56,096 nt of DNA from Hydrolagus affinis (Eukaryota). Where the stretch lies: positions 1-56,096 of the forward strand of contig JAAILG010002270.1 in the NCBI GenBank assembly GCA_012026655.1, written 5' to 3'. Below, piece after piece: positions 1-9,086 of this stretch. Below the pieces are notes generated by a model, which worked only from the letters and a program-made list of their open reading frames with translations, was not told the origin of the DNA and did no database searches. Position numbers and translations under genes: made by a program. Numbering within the stretch: the stretch's first letter is position 1; every line of letters starts with the position of its first letter.

Positions 1-17
1 AGGGAGAGAGGGAGGCA

Positions 18-246
18 NNNNNNNNNNNNNNNNNNNNNNNNNNNNNNNNNNNNNNNNNNNNNNNNNNNNNNNNNNNNNNNNNNNNNNNNNNNNNNNNNNN
101 NNNNNNNNNNNNNNNNNNNNNNNNNNNNNNNNNNNNNNNNNNNNNNNNNNNNNNNNNNNNNNNNNNNNNNNNNNNNNNNNNNNNNNNNNNNNNNNNNNNN
201 NNNNNNNNNNNNNNNNNNNNNNNNNNNNNNNNNNNNNNNNNNNNNN
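18..246. other. Assembly gap (N run)
   Basis: Run of n flanked by GA-rich simple sequence. Confidence 0.99.
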
Positions 247-545
247 GAGAGAGGCAGGCAGGGAGGGAGGGAGGGAGACTGGGTTAGGCAGAAAGCAGGC
301 ACGGCACTGAAGTCCTCTGCTGCTGCCGCTGCCCGGGCGGCCGAGGCCGAAGCCCTATCACCCGCTCCTCCCAACCCCCGCCGGACACAGTGTCCAAACC
401 CCGGCTGACAGCGCGTCGGCTGCCCCTCCTGTTTACTGTATTTCCGAGGCTCAAAATTTCTTGTACCTGCGTATAGGGCGCACCCCCAACTTTCGAGATC
501 TTCTGACGTAAAAAAAAGTGCGCCTTATACGCGGGTATTTATATA
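247..545. mobile_element. Right end of a GC-rich non-autonomous DNA transposon (pogo/Tigger-like), truncated by the gap
   Basis: Inverted pair tacctgcgtatagggcgcac (464-483) / gtgcgccttatacgcgggta (518-537), 18/20 complementary. CGTATAAGGCGCAC-type termini resemble pogo-like MITEs (family call from recall). GC content far above flanks. Confidence 0.5.
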
Positions 546-634
546 TTTTAGAAAGTGAACACACATGTGAGTTTTACTACTGGATATGGTCATTGGTGAT
601 TTTTAAATTTTAACACTAGATTTTGTTTAATTAG

Positions 635-777
635 AAAACTGGACACAAGTCATCAAAAGGAAAATATTGGCGTAATATCATGTGCAGAAGAAATAACATC
701 ATTTAGATCTCACCGGAGAATAAGGACATATTCGGATACTGAAACTTATAGTGACAATGCTCTTGAGGAGGTAGAAA
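635..777 (+). CDS. PLEKHA3: PLEKHA3 (FAPP1) penultimate coding exon
   Basis: ttag|...|gtaagt. Translates KLDTSHQKENIGVISCAEEITSFRSHRRIRTYSDTETYSDNALEEVE, like human PLEKHA3 RRRRTYSDTDSCSDIPLED (recalled). Phase-1 donor joins the next exon in frame. 5' boundary uncertain (same-phase AG also at 705-706). Confidence 0.75.
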
Positions 778-920
778 GTAAGTATTGAAATGGATATTCT
801 TTATAAGACAGTGTTCTCCTTGAGAAATCCATATTTTGTTTGATGAAATGTTTAATTGCTAAGAACTTCCGTTGATGAATAACCAACCAAACGTAAGTTG
901 TGTCTACACTCAGCCTTCTG

Positions 921-1135
921 ACAACAGCAACAACAACATTACACTTATAGAGCGCCTTTCACGTCGGGAGGACATCCCAATGTGCTGTACAGTCAGGTCG
1001 GGACCTGAGCAAGGGAGAGGGGCAGGGTAGGGGGGGAGAGTTAGGATGGGAGGGAAAGAGTTGGGAGGGTAGCAGAAGGCACGATCGAAGAGGAGGGTCT
1101 TGAAGGAGGCAAGCGAGGGAGTGAGGCGAAGGGAC
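921..1135 (-). mobile_element. L2-type LINE 3' end with (CAA)n tail
   Basis: caacaacaacattacacttatagagcgcctttcacgtcgggaggacatccca. Same family recurs at 7105, 11040, 11110, 33290, 34733 and 37674. Confidence 0.7.
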
Positions 1136-1149
1136 TGTAGGATGGACAG

Positions 1150-1281
1150 GACTTGGTGAAATTATTGGCAAACTGACATGCAGCAGCCATGTGGAGTTTA
1201 CGTACAAATCAGCCGTGATCTAATAGAATGGCGGAACAGGCTCGAGGCGCTAAATGTCCTTCTCCTATTTGTATGTTCCAG
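1150..1281 (+). mobile_element. CR1-type LINE/SINE 3' tail fragment
   Basis: aatcagccgtgatctaatagaatggcggaacaggctcgaggcgctaaatgtccttctcct resembles the shark CR1/HE1-type 3' tail (recalled). Confidence 0.55.
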
Positions 1282-1451
1282 TGTTTGAACATTGAACCCA
1301 CAAAGTTATAGAATGGTTTGATATCAGAGTCCTTTCTCCTAGCAGAAGAAATGTGAATGGAGGTGATTGTTATTGGAAGGTGGGAGGCGAAATGTGTACA
1401 CGGGAGCAACGTTGCAAATTAATACTTTCTATGTGAAATTTAATTTTACAG

Positions 1452-1591
1452 AGACTACTCGAAATACTCGAAATTCATTGTCCATCGCCAATGGTGAATT
1501 CACTCCAGTGACCATTCCTGAAGAAAATACTGCAATGTTAAGGAAAAAGGCTTCAGACATCGAGATTCCTTTGGTTACACTTTCAAGTTGA
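1452..1591 (+). CDS. PLEKHA3: PLEKHA3 (FAPP1) terminal coding exon
   Basis: ttttacag| acceptor. (K)TTRNTRNSLSIANGEFTPVTIPEENTAMLRKKASDIEIPLVTLSS* matches human C-terminus NGDLASATIPEESRLMAKKQSESEDTLPSFSS (recalled). PLEKHA3 is the convergent neighbour of TTN in human. Confidence 0.85.
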
Positions 1592-3464
1592 AAACAATTG
1601 AATTCAGATAAGAATGAAAAAGATGGTCATTCATTCTCCAACTAATGCTCTGCAGTTACTGTGGGCATTTAGATGTTACACAAAAAAAAGACAATGGATC
1701 TGCAATTTCCTAGGAAAGGCGTTCTTTGCACTTTATATTAAAAAAACTACGCAAAATCAGAAAACTCAACAAGCTTAACTAATATTGTTTCTATTTTTCA
1801 ATAAACTGATGCTGTATTTCCTACACTGTTGTGTAATAAATCAGTTGAGGTTTAGCGATTGTTTGCCCCAAAACTCTCGGTGTAGCATGTAGTAGCATCA
1901 AACATATAGTAGCATCTTGGTTGAGAAGTATGGAAATCGCGCAACTCAAGACAGCTTTGCCAAAAGTGTGTGCTCGCTGGCAAGGCTGCTTCTGGTACAT
2001 ATCCTATGTATCACCTGTTCGCTTATGGGAGTGTTGTTTCCGGAGGAACTACTGTCTCATCAATTTGTTTGCACCTTTTTATTTTTTATTTTCATACTTG
2101 CGCATTTTCAGTTAATCCCTTTTATGTGCTTCCGTTTTTCCTCATCTTTGAATACAGTGTTTTTTTAGTAGTAGCTGATGAGTGCTATTTATATCAGAAC
2201 AACAAATACTTAAGCTGAGTTAGTGCAACAAAGTTGATATGTTCTGTATTGATGGAATCATACATAGAGAAAGTATGAATAGATTCTGCCCAATTTAAAA
2301 AGTATACAATTAAACATAAACTTGCCATATTTATCGCCAACCAGAGAATATAGATGACATTTTATGGAAATTTAATAAGACCATAAGAAGTAAATGAATA
2401 ATTTAGTTAAGGTTATTTTATTTTTCTCAAAAGTAGATTTGTAATAATAGTTTTTTTTAATAAGCTTGTTTTGGTACCATTCAGTTCCATCTATTTTTCT
2501 TTTCCACGCTATTAGGCTATGCAGTGCACCAGCTATTTAGCTTGCCTGTCCACAGCTCAAAGTAGAGAGGAACTCCATAATCGTAAAGTGTAATTTCTTC
2601 TCGACTATTCTAGTGGGCTGAAACACCACTTTTTTAAATATAGCTTTCGGGCATATATAAATCATTGAATTTCACTTTCCTGTTAATACTTATACAAACA
2701 ACACTGCAAGCAATTGCTTTATGAAAGCGAGAGTCAAATTTCTTTATGACCAGGAGTATAAAAATAGAGTTACTTTTATTGCAGAAATTACTCACTAGAT
2801 TTCACTAAAACATTTTTGTTAGCAGTACTCATTTTATTGAAAGTTGCTTGTGTCCCAATTCCACGTTTTACTCTTTATAATGAATATTTATATAATATAT
2901 TTGACAGTTTAGTTTTTATTTCTGTGTTTTGATGGTCTCAGTGCGTTGTAGCATTTTGAAACGAGGAAGAGGATAAAATGAGATGTATTTTTTTATTTCA
3001 GGCGAGAACAAAGAAATTCTTGTGTGCTTATTCCTTTTTTGATGGGCATTCAAATTTAGTTTAGCTGCATACACTCCAGGTGTGATTCAAACACCCCAAA
3101 CTCTTCTCTGAAATTGATCATGTTGGAAGAATCAACATGTATACCTTATTATGTGGTAATGTGGTTAACTTATTATGTGTCATTATTCTATGCACACAAA
3201 TTGTCCTGGGCTTTTTAACTTCTTGCCAGTAGAGAACATTTTAAGTAGTGAAATGACCAAAATAGTACCGAGTCCAAATGGAATGTATTCCGAGAGATCG
3301 CCTAACCTCTGTTCATTAGCCAAATCAGCTCAAAGGTGATTAGCCAACTATTAGCTAAGTCGAAATATTAGCACTTGGATGTAATAATTTATGATGAATT
3401 TAAAAATACCTATGGGTTAGCCGTACATGTGACTTTGCAATCATATGGAGCTCCTGTAGCTTTG

Positions 3465-3770
3465 TGGAGCTCCTGTAGTTCAGTAGTTAGAGCACTCGCC
3501 TTACAAGTGTGAGACCTGTGTTTGAATCCAGGCAGATCAGGACGAAACCTTGGGCAAGTTTCTTTACTCCACATGCCTAAAAATAATCCATCCAAAAAAA
3601 CAACCCACAACAATAAAATTGGTCATTTCAATCCATGACTGTTTGTGGGATACTGCTGCGTGCAATTGGCTGCCACATTTCGCTCACAAACATACAGTCA
3701 ATTCACTTTACAGTATATTCTGAAGTGCTTTGAGACGTGAAAAGCGCTATATCAAATGAAAGGATTATAT
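3465..3770 (+). mobile_element. tRNA-derived SINE, near full length
   Basis: tRNA-like head with A box (tagttcagtagttag) and B box (gtttgaatcc). Core gactgtttgtgggatactgctgcgtgcaattggctgcc and tail gtgctttgagacgtg...gcgctatatcaaatg. Reverse-complement copies at 9151, 20880 and 30119. Confidence 0.85.
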
Positions 3771-4864
3771 GTTTACAGTTTTTCTTTCACCAAAACTGAA
3801 TTCTTTGAATATTAAGAAGGATTCACCTACAAAGTTAAAGCTAACTAACTGCTTCTTGTCGGGTTTCATGCATTTTTGTACCATCAGTTTAGGAATTAAC
3901 ACTTAGAATTTGAATGGAGGGAGATTCTATCTTAAAAGACATCGGAATAAATTTTGTTAGAGAATACTTCCATCAGTGAAGTCTTCCACAGTTAAAATTG
4001 AGTATTTGCTATTAACACTCGTTTTGCACCCTATTCAGTCGTGTATATTTAAAATCTCATTTGTGGCCATAATGAGGAAGGAATCTTGGCAAGAATTTGA
4101 ATGTTTGTTAAATACATTGCAAGTTAGGCATTTTTAAGTATTACAAGTATGATCTTGATAAGGTAATGTTGAGCCATTAAAAAGATCCAAACACATTCGA
4201 TTTACAATGTTAATATATATGTACACTGAAGTTTGCCCGCTAGAGAATATTTGTGTGTGTGTATATCCATTACGATGTAGATCAGGTGTGTGCCATAGTC
4301 TTTTTACTGCAATTTTGTAAATTGTATCGCTTCACGTAATGCAATTGAATCTCTTATGAATCAAATTTATTTTTATCTCCCTGCAGAAATAACTGGAAAA
4401 ATATATTGCCCCAAAATGATATGGCCAATCCAGAGTTATTGTTCGTCCTCTTAATAGCAGTGGTGTTAAGAACAATATGTACTGTCTTTTGCAATGAGCA
4501 ATCATTGCTGCTGGGTTTTCCCCCTGCAGTAATTAGTCATGTTAAGGATAGTTTTTAAAAGTTTACCTCATTATTAAAAATGCATTTAATTTCTGATTAA
4601 GTTTGTAGCAATATTTTGTCAAATTAGAATAATTGTATTGGAATAATTTTACTGAAATATCCCGTGCTTCAATTTGATATTTGTTTGGCTGTCAACATTT
4701 CAGTTGGCATCAAAAGATTAGGTGCATAATATAATTGAGAAAATGTAAAGTATTTGTAGGCTAATGATTTTATTTTAATTACCCCTTTTGTCAGGTTGAT
4801 AAATGTGTTACTGGCAGATAAGTAATGAGTGCCTAGGATCTATTAAAAATAGTTCTTAGCTCTT

Positions 4865-5100
4865 CAGATGGCACCACTCCAATTCACACCAGTTGGGTTT
4901 GATGTATCTTGCATCTGTGCTGAGTTAACTAGCTGATCTCAGCCAGGGCAGAAGTTGTAGTACCTTAAATATCCCCTGAGTGAGAAGTGAATAATCAGTT
5001 AGAATTCCTATTTATTCAGTAACCCTGACAGCAAGTGTGTGTGTGACAAAAGGATCAGACTTCATTCTCATAGCTTTCACAATTAACTAACCTGTCTTGA
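4865..5100 (+). mobile_element. Degenerate SINE-like interspersed repeat
   Basis: tctgtgctgagtta...gctgatctcagccagggca...cagtaaccctgacagcaagtgtgtgtgtg resembles a common cartilaginous-fish repeat (recall only; single copy here). Confidence 0.35.
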
Positions 5101-5102
5101 TT

Positions 5103-5153
5103 TACATTTAAACCATGGATCTGTACCCTACATTTAAATCATGGATCTGTACC
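5103..5153. repeat. 26-bp-period tandem duplication
   Basis: tacatttaaaccatggatctgtacc c tacatttaaatcatggatctgtacc (1 mismatch). Confidence 0.9.
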
Positions 5154-5541
5154 TTCAAGAGAAAGGAGAAATTATTTATTTAAAACCTCAACCTTTGATT
5201 AGAGGAAATTCCACTCTTTAATAATTCTCTTCAAATGATATCTAAATATTTTACAGATATTATGTATTATTTTCTAAACATTTGGAAAGGTATTTAAAGC
5301 AGCAGTATGTTAGAATGTGTGTGGACAACAGTTTAGGAGAATTGGGCGATAATGTTTCTTTAAATTTTAACAAGTTGTATACATTTTGCCTGTAGTATTT
5401 GTCATTCATTTTGGAATTTCTTGGTTCATTATTATCTGCCCCCATTTTATATTCAGCCTAACTCAACTCCTGCCTCTCGCACTGCAGCATTGTCTACAAT
5501 TGTCTACAGTTCACATGACAGCTTACATTCTTTTCTAATTA

Positions 5542-5742
5542 CAGTAAAAGCCTGTTTATCTGGTACCCGATCAACCGTAACTTCCGTATCACCGGCACAC
5601 AAAAACAAAGTCTGCATTCGATTAACCGGAATTTATCCAGAAAAATGCATAACTTTTTTTGCGTTTTTGGCCGAATATCCAGCACGTGCTTTAACCATCA
5701 TTGGCCAGGTCCCGAGGGTGCTGGATAAACAGGCTTTTACCG
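5542..5742. mobile_element. 201-bp MITE, Tc1/mariner-pogo (Tigger-like) superfamily
   Basis: TIRs cagtaaaagcctgtttatctggtaccc / gggtgctggataaacaggcttttaccg (23/27). TA target duplication at 5540-5541 and 5743-5744. Confidence 0.88.
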
Positions 5743-7094
5743 TACTATGAACTTCAGTTTTTGTTAGACAATTAACCAAACATTAAATTGCTGTGTCAAA
5801 TTAGCCTCATGTACACGATCTGTCAATTTCTATCCCTCTTATGAGTGAAAATATACTAATAAATGTGTTAGACTTTTATCTAAAGTGTTAGTCACCAGCA
5901 CAACTCTATGGTTGAATCTAAAAAGTTCAACTTTTTTGGCTTTTGTAGTTGGCTCTTCTCGTTTCCTATTCTTTCTAAATAAGATACTTCTGGCATTTGT
6001 AGCGGAATCTCGACTTTAATTTGTCACCAACAGTGAGGCTTTTCTTTGTTATGACAAGTAATTGAGGTTTCATCGAAGACACTTCAATATTTGCTCCGCA
6101 TTGCCTTAAAAGTCTGGGTGAAAAGTTCAAAGTGTTTATAAAAAAAACCTACTAAAAACTTTACAGCATGTTACATTTGAAAATAATTGAAATGACCACC
6201 CTGTTTGTGAAATGCACTGCCAATCTGGCCCACAAGTTATGCAAATGTGATTTGTCTTTACCCATATCATTAGGATTTTTGTTGCACATGGGCTGGGTAA
6301 ATCGATCAGTCGTTTTTGTAGCAAATATTCATCACAAGACACTTGGATGCCATGGGCTGTTTTAGGGAGAGCACAAAGTTTTGTAAAAACTGCCATCATG
6401 TTGGGTCTTTTTTTTTGAAAAAGTACATCGACCAACTGATATTGACTCAACACACCGACCATTTTGATCTTGCATAAGTACTCAAACCATCTGAAGTAGC
6501 TGTTGCAGATGGGTTTCACTAATATTCTAGCCTTTATGTCTATGTAGGGAGTGCATCGTGCATTGCTTTATAGTAATGTCATTTTCATGGTTACACTTTC
6601 TTGGATACAACCCTGTTCTTTATCAAAGTAATTGGCCCATCAATAAATTCAGGTGTATTAAACTGCATTTTTTTTGTGTGTAATTATGTAAGAAAAAATA
6701 GTTAAATGTACAGAATCTTGGGGAATATTCTTGTATTAGAAATATATATTCAGAAGTTCTAAATGTCCATTGCACTCTGGTGGTTGAGTGAATTTCAGAA
6801 ATGCCTTGTGCAAAAAAGTAAAGAGTACTTAGCTTTTCAGTGAAAATGTGAACTAATAAAAACTTTCTACAATTACATTGCTTTATTCCCTGTTCTTGTC
6901 TATGTGAAGAACTAAAATTCTGTATTGTATTTAGGATTTATTTTGTATCTACATGAATCATAACAATAAAGGTATGGCTAAAATCGTTCCTTCAGATGTC
7001 AAAGTAACTTCTGGCCCAAACCATTCTAGCCAGAATTACTCTCTGAAATAGTATTTCTTTTGCGTTTACATGAATAGTAACAACCAAGGATTGG

Positions 7095-7390
7095 CTGTCA
7101 ACACCTACCAACCTGGCCATTCCCTCTGCTCGGCAGGGACTGCCCTGCTACATATTCCCCACCCTGCCTGTTCCACCATTGGCGGTCAAGCCTTCAGCTT
7201 TACTATCCCCATCTGGAACTGTGTCTCCGAAATCCCTCTGCTTCACACCCCTCTGTATCCTTGAAGCTTGTCTCAAGGTATTTCCTTGGCCACACCCACT
7301 CCCCCGACACTCTTGATTCCAACCCCCAACTCGGGTACAAACCCTTAACTGTCCAGCGCTTTGGGATGTCCTGATGTGAAAGGCACAATT
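7095..7390 (+). mobile_element. L2 LINE 3' fragment including degenerate ORF2 C-terminus
   Basis: Peptide YQPGHSLCSAGTALLHIP...TIGGQAFSF..PIWN resembles the L2 ORF2 end (YxPxRxLRS...GxRAFS..AP.LWN). Followed by tail cagcgctttgggatgtcctgatgtgaaaggc. Confidence 0.75.
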
Positions 7391-7689
7391 TTTTTTTGTA
7401 TTTAATCAGCAGGTTTGAGTTTTTAACAAGTAGTGTCAACAGTGAGTGCCTTGTCTGCAAGCCTGTCCCTGGGGTACCCTTGACCATTTTCCTAAATGTG
7501 TCTGTATGATGTATCATGCTGATTCAGAGTGGTGTATTGGAAATCTGGAGTATTACTCACGTAATCTTCTTAAACCCTACCTTTGACCACCCCTTCCCCC
7601 AAACTCAGTTGCGATTTGCACGTTTTACAATAATAGCTTTGTGTATGCTTGGAATAAATCCAGGTACAGTACAAAAGAGAAACAGTTTG

Positions 7690-8787
7690 TGGGTGCAGAA
7701 AGCATGCTTTATTTCAAATCAAAATTGCTATTTTAGTTTTCTAATCCCAAGGAGGTTCAATAATACAAGTTCACAGTAAAACGCTACATAGATCCTTCTT
7801 TAAAAGTCAATGTTCGGGGCGGTAAGATGGTAGAGCACAGTCGTTGTTTTCACTGTGGTAAACTTTGGTTTACGGAAGCCCTCAAAACAGACAACATGAA
7901 AGAAAATTCTATCACTACCACACACAATTAGGGCACTCGATGAAAATCTGAACCTCCAGGAGATAGCACTAGTTCTGTACAGGAATACTTGGAATAGCTT
8001 GCTGAAATGTATTTTGGCCAGGTCGATGTTACTTTTTCATTCAAACCATCCAAGCAATCACCGTGTCAGAAATAGTGCATGTGAAAAGTGATTGTACAAA
8101 GTGATAGCCGCTTGCACTTTGACAATAGTCTCTCTAAAATAGTGAGTAGTCCGACATAGTCTGTCCACAGCTCAGGGCCTACTTGTGCAGTTAACATGAG
8201 GGTAAATGTCAACTGCACAAGAGGCCAAGCCTAATTTGGTATACTTATGGTTACGTGTAGTTGGGTTCAGTACACATTCAGTACACTAGCATTGTCTCTA
8301 GGGTGTAGGTTGTCTTCAACAGGGAGCCTCTCCACCTGTTGAGGTATTCTTAAGTCATCAACTTTGTGTTGAGGTACAAATTTTAGTTTCAGGTTGCTCA
8401 AGCTAGTCGTTTGGTTAAAACTTTCTCCTGTCAACCATTTGTTTCATAAGTTGTATTCAAAATGTCATAAAACACAAGGTACAAAACTTTCATAACCGCT
8501 TAAATCGGCTATATACAGTATGTACATGTCACAGAAAAGTGGTTAAAAATTCCTAAATCAGATGCACAATAATGGAATATTGCACACTCTATCCTTTGTT
8601 CAGAATTTGTTATGAATGAACATTGTCGAGTTGGGTACAAAAATATGTAACATAATATTTACAAGGTCAGAAATTTAAGTCCATAAAAGTTAAGGCATCT
8701 TCCGTCATTGTTCTACAAGTCTGAAAAGTAAATAAGTAAGGTATTGCTTAAAGTGATACGTCAGCTGAGGTCGGTAGATACTGACCC
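7690..8787 (-). other. TTN: TTN 3' UTR
   Basis: Between TAA stop (8788-8790) and poly(A) signal; no obvious repeats. Confidence 0.7.
7708..7713 (-). terminator. TTN: TTN polyadenylation signal AATAAA
   Basis: tttatt on plus, about 1.08 kb past the stop. U-rich downstream element on minus (ctgtttctcttttg). Confidence 0.7.
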
Positions 8788-9086
8788 TTAAATTAATCTA
8801 ACTTTAATATTTACAGTGGCAGAATCTGATCCAAATTCATTTGTGAGTTTGAGAGTGTAATGTCCTGCATCACTTTCTTTAACACTTGTGATTATGAGTG
8901 TTGTCAGGTCATCCAGTGTTTCAAGATGGAATCGGCCACCCACTCCTTCACTCGAAAGAGATCTTCCTCCACAGGTCCAATTTACATCTGGTAGAGGTTC
9001 ACCCGAGAAGGCACATGCCACTGTTAGAACCTTCCCTTTCTCAATGGTGATATCTGATGGCAGAGCTTCAATTTTAGGAGAAGACC
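8788..9086 (-). CDS. TTN: Titin Mex6 (human exon 363 equivalent), Ig M10 and stop
   Basis: tttagcag|GG: [30 protein letters not shown]...VNIKVRLI*. Confidence 0.95.

Larger units (their letters stand above)
1592..6885 (+). other. PLEKHA3: Probable long 3' UTR of PLEKHA3
   Basis: AT-rich non-coding sequence after the stop. AATAAA at 6855-6860 with downstream U/GU-rich tract; proximal AATAAA near 1800 and 1835 could also be used. End is inferred. Confidence 0.45.

Noticed and set aside
247-430. CpG-island promoter
   Set aside because: Short, next to an assembly gap, inside a PLEKHA3 intron and contiguous with transposon-like inverted repeats
3465-3540. tRNA gene
   Set aside because: Degenerate cloverleaf that continues into a SINE core and tail
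1917-7779. Short ORFs between PLEKHA3 and the TTN poly(A) site as micropeptide genes
   Set aside because: Many begin at non-ATG codons, several overlap SINE/MITE/L2 sequence, and none has a recognisable cellular domain
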